64,000 nucleotides of DNA. Origin: an uncultured Bacilli bacterium. Lineage in GTDB: Bacteria > Bacillota_I > Bacilli_A > RF39 > UBA660. How positions within the stretch are numbered: the stretch's first letter is position 1; each line of letters starts with the position of its first letter. The notes beneath the pieces were generated by a model that was not told the DNA's origin, ran no database searches, and was given only the letters and a program-made list of their open reading frames with translations. The stretch covers positions 4,802 through 68,801 of the forward strand of contig CANRKL010000001.1 of the NCBI GenBank assembly GCA_947631205.1, in the 5' to 3' direction. A program made the position numbers and the translations under genes. This document shows positions 19,689-30,031 of this stretch, piece by piece.

Positions 19689-20128
19689 TGAATTATAGTA
19701 TTAATAATAATTATGGTTATAATAAAGATTTTAGCTATTTAGATGAGGTTATCCAAGAAACATTAATAAAAGAACATTGTCAAAATGCTGTTTTTTCCAT
19801 AATTTTTGTTAATGAAGAAGAAATAAAAAAAATTAATAAAATGTATAGAAATATTGATAAAATAACTGATGTTATTAGTTTTGCTTTAGAAGATGGAGAA
19901 AGTATTTTAAGCGATTTAAGAGTTTTAGGAGATATTTATATATGTATTCCCAAAATGATTAATCAAGCTATAGAATATAATCATAGCGAAAAAAGAGAAT
20001 TATCATTCTTAACAGTTCATGGGCTTTTGCATCTTTTAGGCTATGACCATACAAAAAGTGTTGAAGAAGAAAAAATTATGTTTAAAAAGCAAAATGACAT
20101 ATTAGAAAATTTAAACATCATAGAATAG
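19688..20128 (+). CDS. ybeY: rRNA maturation endoribonuclease YbeY.
   Basis: The HGLLHLLGYDH zinc-binding motif is present. The start was placed at the ATG overlapping the upstream stop (TAATG). The track ORF begins earlier, at 19622. Confidence 0.85.
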   Translation: MNYSINNNYGYNKDFSYLDEVIQETLIKEHCQNAVFSIIFVNEEEIKKINKMYRNIDKITDVISFALEDGESILSDLRVLGDIYICIPKMINQAIEYNHSEKRELSFLTVHGLLHLLGYDHTKSVEEEKIMFKKQNDILENLNIIE

Positions 20129-20138
20129 GAAGTGAAAT

Positions 20139-21017
20139 ATGAAAAGTGGATTTGTAAGTATAGTTGGAAGACCTAATGTGGGAAAATCAACCTTATTGAA
20201 TGCTATTTTAAAATATAAAGTAGCTATAACTTCAAATAAGGCTCAAACAACAAGAAATATCATTGAGGGAATCTATAATGAAAAAGATTGTCAAATTGTC
20301 TTTGTTGACACTCCTGGTATTCATAAGCCTCAAAATAAACTAGGCAGGATTTTAAACAAAGAATCTTTTACCTTTACTAAAGATGTTGATGTTATTTTAT
20401 TTGTTATTGATGCTAAAACAGGAATGGGTAAAGGAGATAAATTTATTTTAGAAACACTTACTAAAAGCTCATCACCCGTATTTTTAATCTTAAATAAAAT
20501 AGATATGACTTCTACTGAAAAATTAATGGCTATGATAAATGAATATCAAACATATTTTCCATTTGCCGAAATCATTCCCACTAGTGCTTTAAAAAGAGAT
20601 AATATTGAACACTTAATAGAAGTCGTAAAAGGCTATCTCACTGATAATGTCCGTTATTTTAGTGAAGATATGATTACCAGTAATTCTAAAAACTTTATGG
20701 TTAGTGAAATAGTTAGAGAAAAATTACTTCACTTAACTGTTGAAGAAGTTCCTCATAGCCTAACTTGCCTAACTACAAGTTTTGAAGAAAAAGCTAAAAT
20801 TATTAATATCACTGTTGATATAATAGTAGACCGTGATTCAATCAAAAAAATTGTCATAGGAAAACATGGCGAAAGACTAAAAGAAGTAGGAATTTTAGCT
20901 AGAAAAGACATGGAAAGCATGTTAGGGAAACAAGTTTATTTAGAACTATATGTCAAAACAATTAAAAATTGGCGAGAAAAAGTTCGTTATTTAAAAGAAT
21001 TAGGCTTTAATGAATAA
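20139..21017 (+). CDS. era: GTPase Era.
   Basis: The GTPase motifs are G1 GRPNVGKST and G3 DTPG, and there is a C-terminal KH domain. Confidence 0.95.
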   Translation: MKSGFVSIVGRPNVGKSTLLNAILKYKVAITSNKAQTTRNIIEGIYNEKDCQIVFVDTPGIHKPQNKLGRILNKESFTFTKDVDVILFVIDAKTGMGKGDKFILETLTKSSSPVFLILNKIDMTSTEKLMAMINEYQTYFPFAEIIPTSALKRDNIEHLIEVVKGYLTDNVRYFSEDMITSNSKNFMVSEIVREKLLHLTVEEVPHSLTCLTTSFEEKAKIINITVDIIVDRDSIKKIVIGKHGERLKEVGILARKDMESMLGKQVYLELYVKTIKNWREKVRYLKELGFNE

Positions 21018-21061
21018 AAATTTTAAAAACAATCCATGATAATAATAGAAAGAGGGATAAT

Positions 21062-21142
21062 CATGGATAAAAAAGAAGCTTGGAAGTTATTTAAAGAAAC
21101 AGGAAAAATTGAATATTATTTAATGTATAAAGGAAAGTTGTG
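21062..21142 (+). CDS. yqzL: YqzL-like micro-protein (26 aa), not in the ORF track.
   Basis: Translation reads MDKKEAWKLFKETGKIEYYLMYKGKL. It occupies the position that holds yqzL between era and recO in Bacillus. The W..F..TG.I..YL pattern fits, and an AAGAGGG RBS is present. Confidence 0.45.
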
Positions 21143-21147
21143 ATAGT

Positions 21148-21873
21148 ATGCTAACCAAAGTTGAGGGATTTATTTTAAGTACAGTAGATTATGGCGAATC
21201 TTCTTTGGTTTTAAATCTTCTTACAAAAGAATATGGAACAATAGGAATAATGGCTAAAGGAGTAAAAAGTATGAAAAATAAAATGCGTCCTTTAGTTCAA
21301 AAATATACCTATGGTTTTTTTTATATTTATTATAAAGAAGACAAATTATCTATCTTAAAAGATGTTGATATAATAAATCCATTAAAAAATATTCACAATG
21401 ATTTACTAAAAATATCTTATTTAGCCTATATAAGCGATTTAACAAAACAAGTAACTAAAGAAAATAATGATAGAGAAATATATAGTTTGTTTATATCTAC
21501 CATTTTAAAAATAGAAAATGATTTAAATCCTTTAATTTTAACTAATATCTTAGAAGTAAAATATTTAAAATATTTAGGAGTAGGACTATCATTAGATTGT
21601 TGTAGTAAATGTGGAGGAACTAATAATATAGTAACTATTAATGGGGGAGGACTAATTTGTCAAAAATGTTATAATAATGAAGCAATTATCAATAAAAATA
21701 TAATTAAACTTTTAAGAATGTATAATCATGTAGAAATAAAAAGTATCACCAAACTTAATATTGATAATCAATTAGTAGACCAAATTAATTTATTTCTAAA
21801 TGACTATTATAATCGATATACAGGAATTTATTTAAAAAGTAAAAATTTTTTAGAAAAAATTAAAAACATCTAA
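21148..21873 (+). CDS. recO: DNA repair protein RecO.
   Basis: It has an OB-fold N-terminus and a C-x2-C...C-x2-C zinc motif (CCSKCGG...CQKC). It lies in era-recO synteny. Confidence 0.85.
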   Translation: MLTKVEGFILSTVDYGESSLVLNLLTKEYGTIGIMAKGVKSMKNKMRPLVQKYTYGFFYIYYKEDKLSILKDVDIINPLKNIHNDLLKISYLAYISDLTKQVTKENNDREIYSLFISTILKIENDLNPLILTNILEVKYLKYLGVGLSLDCCSKCGGTNNIVTINGGGLICQKCYNNEAIINKNIIKLLRMYNHVEIKSITKLNIDNQLVDQINLFLNDYYNRYTGIYLKSKNFLEKIKNI

Positions 21874-21970
21874 AAAATTAATTCGACAAAATAAGCTAAA
21901 ATATACCTCTTGTCTAATATCAAAACTAAAATTAAAATAAAGAGCTATAAAAAAAAGAGGTGTATTTTAT

Positions 21971-22957
21971 ATGATTAATGAAAATGAAAAAAATGAATAT
22001 TTGTTAAATGATAAAGTAGTAAAAAAATTATTTACAAGTAGTAAAGTTGGAAATGAACTAATGCTTACGATAACAAGTTTGATAACAGGAATATCCCTAG
22101 AAAATTTAAAAAGAGACTTTGAACTCATTCACCCAGATATTGGCGTAAATAAAAATATTATAAATAGTGAAGCAGATGTAGCTTTTGAAAACCAAGAAGG
22201 AATATTTTCTTTTGAGTTTAATTATACTCCTTATAGAGGACTAACTGAGAAAAGCATGAGTTATGTATGCCAGTTTTATCTAAGACAAATAAATCATAAA
22301 GAAGATTATAAAAAACTAAAGAAAGTATACTCTATTAATGTCAATAATTTTGATTATTTTAAATTAAATAGATTTGTATATATAAGTGAAATGAGGGAAA
22401 GAAAAAGTGGATTATCAAGAAATGTTGGAATATATTATATAGATATAAATCTGGACTATTTAAGAAAAATAGGTTATGATAAAGATAACAAAAGTTGTTT
22501 AGAGAAAATATTATACATGTTTGTGTGTAATGACCTAGATGAGTTAAAAGAAATATATAAGGGTGATGAGCTAATGAGTAAAGTAATCAAAGAAGCAGAA
22601 TTAATAGTTAAAGATTTAGATTTATTAATGTATTATGATAAGAAAAAATTAGATGAAGAATGTTCTTATTATAATGGACAAGTTGATGGTTTTAATTCTG
22701 GAGTTGAAAAGGGAATTGACATTGGAATACAGCAACTAGCCAAAAAAATGTTAGATAAAAAAATTGATATAGAAACTATTCAAGAAGTCACAGGTTTAAG
22801 TGAAAAAGAAATAAAAGAGTTAGATAAAAATGATATAACTACATTTGTAGAAGAAAGAAAAAAAGAATTAAAAAAACAAATAGGAGAAGAAATAACTAAA
22901 TCTACTACCTTATCTGAAGAAGAAAAAGATTGGTTAAAAGAAAAACATGATTTATAA
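21971..22957 (+). CDS. Rpn/YhgA-like PD-(D/E)XK nuclease family protein (recombination-promoting nuclease / putative transposase family).
   Basis: The N-terminal PDDEXK_2-like region includes ..DVAFENQEGIFSFEF. A characteristic C-terminal helix motif reads KGIDIGIQQLAKKMLDKKIDIETIQEVTGLSEKEIKEL. Confidence 0.6.
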   Translation: MINENEKNEYLLNDKVVKKLFTSSKVGNELMLTITSLITGISLENLKRDFELIHPDIGVNKNIINSEADVAFENQEGIFSFEFNYTPYRGLTEKSMSYVCQFYLRQINHKEDYKKLKKVYSINVNNFDYFKLNRFVYISEMRERKSGLSRNVGIYYIDINLDYLRKIGYDKDNKSCLEKILYMFVCNDLDELKEIYKGDELMSKVIKEAELIVKDLDLLMYYDKKKLDEECSYYNGQVDGFNSGVEKGIDIGIQQLAKKMLDKKIDIETIQEVTGLSEKEIKELDKNDITTFVEERKKELKKQIGEEITKSTTLSEEEKDWLKEKHDL

Positions 22958-23072
22958 AAATAGATTTTTTGAAGGAAAATGCTACCAATAATTATTAATG
23001 CCAAGTAACTTTTAATTGTCATCTTTCTTTTTTTTTGCTATAATTTTTAAAGAATAGGAAAGTGGGTTAGAC

Positions 23073-23834
23073 ATGAAAAAGAGTATTGCAATATTTTCAA
23101 CTAAAGGTGGAGTAGGGAAAACAGTTTTCACTCTTAATCTAGCAGGAATATATGAAACTTTAGGTAAAAAAGTATTAATTATTGATTATGATTTAACTAA
23201 TGGTGGAATTGCTTTATCCCTTAATAAAGAATTTAATAAAACAATCCATGATTATGCTTATGACATTTTTGCTAATCAAAAAAAGAGTTTAAAAGAATAC
23301 ACAACTAAATATGATGAATATATTGATTTTATAGCTAGCCCTAAAGACCCTAGATTAGTAAGTCAAATAGATAACTATGCAATTATTTCATTAATAAATG
23401 AAGCTAGTCACAATTATGATGTTATACTAATTGATACAAATCATGTTTTAACCGCGTCCAATTTAGTTTTACTTGATGGAGTAGATGAGATTTTGTTTTT
23501 AGCAACCAATGACCCAATTGATTTAAAAAATCTTAAAAATCTTTTAGTTATTTTCAAAAATAATCAAAAAACAAACTATAAAATTTTACTAAACGATTCT
23601 TATAATCCTTATAAAAATTATTTTTCATTATATGATATTAAAAATATTATTAAAGCTAATATCGATTATACTTTAACTAACAACTTTTTTGTTAAAAATA
23701 TTGACCAATACATTATGAATGGAGAAATCTTAACTTTACAAAAAGATGCTCCTAAAGTATTTGACAAAGATTATGCTAATCTCCTTAAATTAGCGGTTGA
23801 TTATATGGAAAAGGATGATAATAATGGCAAATAA
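23073..23834 (+). CDS. ParA/MinD-superfamily ATPase, CpaE/TadZ-like.
   Basis: It carries the deviant Walker A STKGGVGKT. It lies immediately upstream of, and overlaps, a CpaF-like gene. Confidence 0.65.
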   Translation: MKKSIAIFSTKGGVGKTVFTLNLAGIYETLGKKVLIIDYDLTNGGIALSLNKEFNKTIHDYAYDIFANQKKSLKEYTTKYDEYIDFIASPKDPRLVSQIDNYAIISLINEASHNYDVILIDTNHVLTASNLVLLDGVDEILFLATNDPIDLKNLKNLLVIFKNNQKTNYKILLNDSYNPYKNYFSLYDIKNIIKANIDYTLTNNFFVKNIDQYIMNGEILTLQKDAPKVFDKDYANLLKLAVDYMEKDDNNGK

Positions 23835-25107
23835 AAAATTAATAGAAATATTTGGAATGGATAAAGAAAAGAATAGCAATAAAACTAGTTATACTTTCCC
23901 CAAAGAAGAACTCCTAGAAGAATTACGAAAAAAAATAATTAATATCCTTTTAAGTGATAGTAGTAAAAAAATAGATGAAGGAATTAAAGAAGCTACTGAA
24001 GGATTAGAACTAACCAACATGGAATTAAACTACTTATCTAATTTAATCGAAAATGAATTACTTGGACAAGGCCCATTATTTTCTGTCCTAAAAGATGAAC
24101 TAGTTAAAACTATTATGATAAATGGTAAAGATGAAGTCTATATTGAAACTAATAATCAAATTATTAAAGATGATTCAATTAAGTTTATTGATGAATCTCA
24201 TATTATTAGAACAATTACTAATCTTTTAAAAGAAAGTAACCAAAATCTTAATTTAGATGAAAAAATAATCGATACCAGACTAGATGATGGGACAAGAATT
24301 AATGGAATTTTGCCACCCCTAGCTAAAAAAGGCCCAGTCTTTACTATTCATAAGTTTCAAAAAAATATCAATACGATGGAAGATTATGTTAGACTTGGTT
24401 CCCTAACAACAGATATGGCTAACTTTTTAGAAGCTACCCTTAAAGCTAAAGCTAACATTTTAATAACGGGACTTACTGGTTCTGGTGCAACATCTATACT
24501 AAGAACCTTAGGAAATTCCTTAGATGATGATAAAAGAATAATTACTTTAGAAGAAATTAGTGAATTAAATTTAATTAAGCCTAACTTAGTATCTTTAGAA
24601 TTACATAACAATCATATCCCCATAAAAGAAATCTTAAAAAAAGTTATCCGAATGAATCCCAATTATCTTTTAGTTAATGATTTATTTGCAAGTGACTTCC
24701 TGAGTTTTTTAGAAATAATGAATTTAGGAGTCGATGGTATAGTTGCAACCATGCACGCTAGAGATATCAAAGATGCTTTAAAAAGAATAGAATTAGAGCC
24801 ATCAATTAAAGGCTTAAATATTCCCCTTAATATTATGCGAGAAAATATTGTCAATGCCCTTAATATTATCATTAATGTTGAAAAAATGAACGACAATAAA
24901 CAAAAAATTACCTCTATTAGTGAATTAAAATATCTAAATGGAGAAATTAAAATTGAAGAAATATTTTCTTTTCAAAAAAAATCAATTAATCAAAATGAAG
25001 AAGTGATAGGAGAATATACTTTTTATCCTAAAAACTGTCAAATTGTCAATATATTTAGAAAAAAAGGTATTCATGATATAGATTATCTATTTAATAATAA
25101 AAAATAA
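23797..25107 (+). CDS. CpaF/TadA-family secretion ATPase homolog with degenerate catalytic motifs; predicted pseudo-ATPase.
   Basis: The CpaF-diagnostic segments IMINGKDEVYIE and DTRLDDGTRINGILPPLAKKGPVFTIHKF are present. However, the Walker A is GLTGSGATS (the lysine is replaced by Ala). The GEVRG catalytic Glu segment is replaced by NDLFA. The His-box TGH is replaced by LGV. Confidence 0.7.
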   Translation: MIIWKRMIIMANKKLIEIFGMDKEKNSNKTSYTFPKEELLEELRKKIINILLSDSSKKIDEGIKEATEGLELTNMELNYLSNLIENELLGQGPLFSVLKDELVKTIMINGKDEVYIETNNQIIKDDSIKFIDESHIIRTITNLLKESNQNLNLDEKIIDTRLDDGTRINGILPPLAKKGPVFTIHKFQKNINTMEDYVRLGSLTTDMANFLEATLKAKANILITGLTGSGATSILRTLGNSLDDDKRIITLEEISELNLIKPNLVSLELHNNHIPIKEILKKVIRMNPNYLLVNDLFASDFLSFLEIMNLGVDGIVATMHARDIKDALKRIELEPSIKGLNIPLNIMRENIVNALNIIINVEKMNDNKQKITSISELKYLNGEIKIEEIFSFQKKSINQNEEVIGEYTFYPKNCQIVNIFRKKGIHDIDYLFNNKK

Positions 25108-25121
25108 AAGGAAGTGATATT

Positions 25122-25814
25122 GTGCAAACAATTATTATAACTCAAATAATATCTAGTTTTGTTTTAGTTATTTTATTTGTTATTTTAATTAAACAAAAAA
25201 GAATTAAAAGTTTTGATGAAAGATTTGCAAATTTTACACTTAAAGAAAATCCTTTAATAAATCCTAAAAGTGATGCTTTAATAACTATTAAAGAAGAAGA
25301 TTTACACTCTTTTCTAACCGTACTATATAATCATTTAAATAATGGCTTATCAGTTACCTCATCCCTTAAAAAAATGCAAAATGATAATCTTAGTTTTATT
25401 GCCGATATTTTATTAGAAAAATTAAATGAAGGCTTAAATATTTCCATGGCTTTTACTTATTTAGCTAAAAAAACAAATTTATCACTTTTATCCGACATCA
25501 GTCATTTTTTAACAGTTACAGAAAAAATTAATGGTAAAGAAGAACTAGCTTTAATGACCATTATTCAAAATATTAAAGATAAAATCTATCAAAACAAAGA
25601 AAAAGACATTTTAAGAAGCATTATTAAATTTGTTTCCTATATAATTTTATTTATACCTATTTTAACACTAGGAATTATTATTCTAATTAATAATACTTTC
25701 TTTTTTCAAATTTTAACTACTTTAAAAGGAATAATTTACTTTATTTTAATAATCTTAATTTATCTTATTTATTTATTAATAGTAAAATTTATATTGGGAG
25801 TGAGTAAGTTATGA
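25122..25814 (+). CDS. TadB/GspF-like inner-membrane platform protein (tentative).
   Basis: It has an N-terminal TM, a cytoplasmic helical domain, then two or three TM helices. Its position after a CpaF-like gene also fits. Confidence 0.4.
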   Translation: MQTIIITQIISSFVLVILFVILIKQKRIKSFDERFANFTLKENPLINPKSDALITIKEEDLHSFLTVLYNHLNNGLSVTSSLKKMQNDNLSFIADILLEKLNEGLNISMAFTYLAKKTNLSLLSDISHFLTVTEKINGKEELALMTIIQNIKDKIYQNKEKDILRSIIKFVSYIILFIPILTLGIIILINNTFFFQILTTLKGIIYFILIILIYLIYLLIVKFILGVSKL

Positions 25815-26437
25815 AGAAAGCCAAAGAAAGATTAAATGCCAAGCAAAATCTTATCCATTTAAAAATTAAAGTAAATACATTTATTTATCTTCGTTTAATG
25901 ATTATTTTAGTCTTGCTAATTTTTTGTGCATCTCTAAAAAAACCTGGAATTTTTATTTTTATTATATTAGGTTCAATTATTTATTTTGGAAGTGAAGCTA
26001 TATTCTATGATTATCCTCTTTTTACTAAAAGAAAAAAAGAGTATGATGAGTTTATAGAGTTTCTTTCCTTCTTAAAACTAGAGCCAAATTTAAAAGAAAA
26101 TGTAATAGACAGTATTATAAATGTCTTAAATGAAGTAAATTATTCTTTCAGCGATACTTTACGGAGTATTGCCCAAAAAAGAAAATATGGCGAAAAAGAA
26201 AAAATAGATAATTTTTTTATTAATCAAGATATTAAAAATGGATTAGAACTTATTTTAAGTAATGATTTTCTAAAAAATCCTTATCTTATTGATGAAGTAA
26301 GTAATAAAATAAGCCAAAATGAGCTATTAAGAACTAAAAAACAAATGGCTTCTATTCCCATCATTCTATTTATTGTCTCCTTAATATTTACTTTAACTAT
26401 TAGTTACTTATTTTACTATATTAGTACTATTTTATAA
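25811..26437 (+). CDS. TadC-like membrane protein (tentative).
   Basis: Its topology is similar to the preceding gene, to which it is translationally coupled. Confidence 0.35.
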   Translation: MKKAKERLNAKQNLIHLKIKVNTFIYLRLMIILVLLIFCASLKKPGIFIFIILGSIIYFGSEAIFYDYPLFTKRKKEYDEFIEFLSFLKLEPNLKENVIDSIINVLNEVNYSFSDTLRSIAQKRKYGEKEKIDNFFINQDIKNGLELILSNDFLKNPYLIDEVSNKISQNELLRTKKQMASIPIILFIVSLIFTLTISYLFYYISTIL

Positions 26438-26484
26438 TCTAAATTTAAAATAATTAAAAAAATAAAATAAATTAGCAAATTATC

Positions 26485-26512
26485 TTGACAAGTGCTAATT
26501 TTTTAGTATAAT
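26485..26512 (+). promoter_or_regulatory. Sigma-A-type promoter of the hrcA operon.
   Basis: The -35 is TTGACA (26485-26490), followed by a 16-bp spacer and the -10 TATAAT (26507-26512). Confidence 0.55.
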
Positions 26513-26516
26513 TAAT

Positions 26517-26543
26517 TTAGCACTTGAATATAATAGGTGCTAG
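26517..26543 (+). promoter_or_regulatory. CIRCE-like HrcA operator.
   Basis: The sequence is TTAGCACTT-N9-AGGTGCTAG, against the consensus TTAGCACTC-N9-GAGTGCTAA. An extra half-site AGTGCTAA lies at 26491-26498 overlapping the promoter. Confidence 0.6.
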
Positions 26544-26557
26544 AGGGAAGTGTTTAG

Positions 26558-27562
26558 ATGAACAATCGACAAGAAAATATTTTAAAAAGTATTGTTGAGT
26601 CTTATATCAAAACAGTTAAACCTGTAGGTAGTAAGTCTTTATGTAAGAAACTCAATTGTTCTTCAGCAACTATTAGAAATGAGATGGCTAAACTAGAAGA
26701 AGCAGGGCTCTTAGAAAAGAATCATATTTCTTCTGGAAGAATTCCATCCGAAGCTGGATATAAATATTATGTCGAACATCTAATGAAGCCAAAAGAATTA
26801 ACAGGAGAAGATGTCTTAAAATTACAAACAATATTCCAAAACCATGAACTGCAATTATCAGATGCAATTAATAAATGTGTCGAAATAATTAGTGAGATGA
26901 CCAATTATACAAGCATTGTTCTAGGGAAAAAATCATATGATAATAAATTACAACAAGTATCAATTATTCCCTTAAAAGATAATAAAATAGTGGCTCTTGT
27001 ATGTACAGACCATGGAATAGTTGAAAATAAGCAATTTAATCTTCCAAATAACACTAGTATTAATGAAATTGTTAAAACTTGTGAAATAATCAATAAAATG
27101 TTAATAGGAACACCAATAACTAAAGTAGCAGAACGACTTGAATATGAAATTAAACCTATTATTGCTGAAAAAATAGAACAATATGAAACAGTCTATAACA
27201 TATTTTCTAAAACATTTTATGATTTTGCACATCAAATGCATGACAATGTTCATATGAGTGGAAAAAATCTTTTATTAGAAGCTCCAGAATATAATAATTT
27301 AGAAGAAGTAAAAGCTATTCTTTCTAAGTTTGATGATGATGACTTTATTAAAAAGATTGAAGCTAGTGACACCGAAGAAGGCGTAAATGTCTATATTGGT
27401 GGTGAAAATGATTTTGACCCCAATGTCACAATTATTAAAACAACTTTTCACCGAAATGGCGAAGATGGAACTATTGCTATAATTGGACCTAAAAGAATGG
27501 AATATGCTAAAGTTGTAGGTCTCTTATCCTATATTAATGAAGAGTTAAACAAGGAGGAATAA
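26558..27562 (+). CDS. hrcA: Heat-inducible transcription repressor HrcA.
   Basis: It has an N-terminal winged helix. It lies in the hrcA-grpE-dnaK context and has CIRCE upstream. Confidence 0.9.
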   Translation: MNNRQENILKSIVESYIKTVKPVGSKSLCKKLNCSSATIRNEMAKLEEAGLLEKNHISSGRIPSEAGYKYYVEHLMKPKELTGEDVLKLQTIFQNHELQLSDAINKCVEIISEMTNYTSIVLGKKSYDNKLQQVSIIPLKDNKIVALVCTDHGIVENKQFNLPNNTSINEIVKTCEIINKMLIGTPITKVAERLEYEIKPIIAEKIEQYETVYNIFSKTFYDFAHQMHDNVHMSGKNLLLEAPEYNNLEEVKAILSKFDDDDFIKKIEASDTEEGVNVYIGGENDFDPNVTIIKTTFHRNGEDGTIAIIGPKRMEYAKVVGLLSYINEELNKEE

Positions 27563-27567
27563 ATTAA

Positions 27568-28134
27568 ATGAATGAACAAGAATTACCTAAGAAAAATAAT
27601 CATAAAAATGACCAAGTACCAGTAAAAGAAAAAAAGAAAAAAGATGGGAAAGTTCATAAATTATTAGAACAAAATGAATTATTACAAAAACAAAACGAAG
27701 CTTTGAATGAAAAAGTTTTAAGACTATCTGCCGAAATGCAAAATATGCGTCGTCACTTTGATGAAGATAAAATGCGTTTATTAAAATACGATGGTGAAAA
27801 AGTTATTATGGAACTTTTACCAATAATCGATAATTTTGAAAGAGCTTTTATTCAAGATGATAGCAATTTGACTGATGAAGTAAGCAAATTCTTAAGTGGC
27901 TTTAAAATGATATATAGTAATTTTCTAGATTTATTAAAAAATTTAGAAGTTAAAGAAATTGAATGTATCGGTAAACCTTTTGATTCGGCCGTTTGCAATG
28001 CTGTTTTAGTTGACCATGAAAATGACAAAGAAGATAACATTGTTCTTGACTGTATGCAAAAAGGTTACCTATATAAAGATAAATTAATAAGACCAGCCAT
28101 GGTTAAAGTAAATAATAAGGAGAGTGATAAATAA
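27568..28134 (+). CDS. grpE: Nucleotide exchange factor GrpE.
   Basis: It has a coiled-coil followed by a C-terminal beta domain, with the RR..E and DNFRKR-like motif (DNFERAF). Synteny also supports the call. Confidence 0.9.
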   Translation: MNEQELPKKNNHKNDQVPVKEKKKKDGKVHKLLEQNELLQKQNEALNEKVLRLSAEMQNMRRHFDEDKMRLLKYDGEKVIMELLPIIDNFERAFIQDDSNLTDEVSKFLSGFKMIYSNFLDLLKNLEVKEIECIGKPFDSAVCNAVLVDHENDKEDNIVLDCMQKGYLYKDKLIRPAMVKVNNKESDK

Positions 28135-29963
28135 TGGCAAAAATTATTGGTATCGATTTAGGTACAACAAATAGTTGTGTAGCAATTATGGAAGGAGGAA
28201 GTTCAGTTGTCATTCCAAACGATGAGGGAGGAAGAACAACTCCAAGTGTTGTCGCATTTACTAAAGATGGTGAAACACTAGTTGGAGATAGAGCTAAAAG
28301 ACAAGCTGTAACTAATCCAAAAAATACCATATCTTCTATTAAAAGAAAAATGGGAACTGCTGAAAAAACTAAAGCTGATGGTAAAGATTGGACAGCTGTT
28401 GAAATATCAGCTAAGATTTTATCTAAATTAAAAGCTGATGCTGAAAGTTATTTAGGAAGTACTGTAAAAGAAGCAGTTATTACTGTTCCAGCATACTTTA
28501 ATGATGCCCAAAGACAAGCAACTAAAGACGCTGGTAAAATTGCCGGATTAGACGTTAAAAGAATTATTAATGAACCAACTGCAGCTGCTCTAGCTTATGG
28601 ATTAGATAAACAAGATAAATTACAAAAAATCTTAGTTTATGACCTAGGTGGTGGAACATTTGACGTATCTATTTTGGAAATAGGTGATGGCGTATATGAT
28701 GTTAAATCAACTTCTGGAAATAACCATTTAGGTGGTGATGACTTTGACCAAAGAATTATTGATTGGTTAGCTGATAACTTCAAAAAAGAAAATGGTATTG
28801 ACTTAACTAAAGATTCAATGGCCATGCAAAGATTAAAAGAAGCTGCTGAAAAAGCTAAAAAAGATTTATCTGGTATGAGTAAAACTCAAATTAATTTACC
28901 ATTTATATCTCAAAGTAGTGATGGACCAGTTCATTTAGATGTCGAAATTACTAAAGCTAAATTTGAAGACTTATGTCGTGATTTATTTGATTCAACACTA
29001 GAGCCTGTTCGTAATGCCTTAAAAGATGCTAAATTAAAATCTAGTGATATTGATGAAGTAATCTTAGTTGGTGGTTCAACTCGTATTCCATATATTCAAG
29101 AATTAGTTAAAAAAGAATTAGGAAAAGAACCACATAAAGGAGTAAACCCTGATGAAGTAGTAGCAATGGGTGCAGCTATTCAAGGTGGTGTCTTAACTGG
29201 TGAAGTAGAAGACCTTGTTTTACTAGATGTTACACCTTTATCACTAGGACTTGAAACATTAGGTGGTGTAATGACTGTCTTAATTCCAAGAAATACCACT
29301 ATTCCAACAAGTAAAAGTCAAGTATTTAGTACAGCAGCCGATAACCAACCAGCCGTTGATATTCATGTTTTACAAGGTGAAAGACCAATGGCAGCCGATA
29401 ATAAAACCTTAGGAAACTTCCAACTAGCCAATATTCCACCAGCACCAAGAGGAGTACCACAAATCGAAGTTAAATTTGATATTGACGCAAACGGAATCGT
29501 TAATGTTACAGCTAAAGATTTAGGAACAAATAAAGAACAATCTATTACAATTACTTCAAATACTAATCTTTCTGATGAAGAAATAGATAGAATGATGAAG
29601 GAAGCTGAAGAAAACAAAGAAAAAGATGAAAAACGTAAAGAAGAAGCTAATGTTCGTAATGATGCTGATAGTATGATTTTTGCTACTGAAAAAGCTCTTA
29701 AAGATTTAGGCGATAAAGTAGAAGAAAATGACAAAAAAGAAGCAGAAGAAAAAATTAAAGATTTAAAAGAAGCTATGGAAAAAGATGACATTGATAGTAT
29801 TAAAAAGAAGACTGAAAACTTAAATGAAATAGCTATGAAACTAGCAACTAAAGTTTACGAAAATGAAGCTAAAAAGAATCAAACTGAAGAGACCTCTTCA
29901 AGTGAAGACGCTTCTAATTCTAAAGATGATACCGTAGAAGAAGCTAACTATGAAGAAAAATAA
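28134..29963 (+). CDS. dnaK: Chaperone DnaK (Hsp70).
   Basis: It carries the Hsp70 signatures [18 protein letters not shown] and [11 protein letters not shown]. Confidence 0.97.
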   Translation: MAKIIGIDLGTTNSCVAIMEGGSSVVIPNDEGGRTTPSVVAFTKDGETLVGDRAKRQAVTNPKNTISSIKRKMGTAEKTKADGKDWTAVEISAKILSKLKADAESYLGSTVKEAVITVPAYFNDAQRQATKDAGKIAGLDVKRIINEPTAAALAYGLDKQDKLQKILVYDLGGGTFDVSILEIGDGVYDVKSTSGNNHLGGDDFDQRIIDWLADNFKKENGIDLTKDSMAMQRLKEAAEKAKKDLSGMSKTQINLPFISQSSDGPVHLDVEITKAKFEDLCRDLFDSTLEPVRNALKDAKLKSSDIDEVILVGGSTRIPYIQELVKKELGKEPHKGVNPDEVVAMGAAIQGGVLTGEVEDLVLLDVTPLSLGLETLGGVMTVLIPRNTTIPTSKSQVFSTAADNQPAVDIHVLQGERPMAADNKTLGNFQLANIPPAPRGVPQIEVKFDIDANGIVNVTAKDLGTNKEQSITITSNTNLSDEEIDRMMKEAEENKEKDEKRKEEANVRNDADSMIFATEKALKDLGDKVEENDKKEAEEKIKDLKEAMEKDDIDSIKKKTENLNEIAMKLATKVYENEAKKNQTEETSSSEDASNSKDDTVEEANYEEK

Positions 29964-30031
29964 AACTATAGATAAGGTTCTAGGAAACTAGAACTTTTCT
30001 ATGGTTAATAAATAAATGAAAGGAGTTTACA

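Noticed and set aside
23797-25107. Considered the CpaF-like gene as SpoIIIAA, the sporulation feeding-tube ATPase.
   Set aside because: SpoIIIAA is about 300 aa and is followed by spoIIIAB-AH. Here the protein is 436 aa with the CpaF N-terminal domain, and it is preceded by a CpaE/ParA-like gene and followed by only two membrane proteins.
29363-29791. 142-aa ORF antisense to dnaK. Other antisense ORFs of 60-105 aa lie inside clpB, tasA-like, ruvA/B, queA, dnaK, dnaJ, pepF, mnmA, obg and other genes (for example 150-380, 1879-2106, 2422-2736, 10061-10273, 24384-24896, 28103-28330, 32280-32540, 54092-54337).
   Set aside because: All lie fully inside well-supported genes on the opposite strand. 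They have Ser/Leu/Phe-rich, low-complexity translations typical of antisense frames in AT-rich DNA, and they have no RBS.
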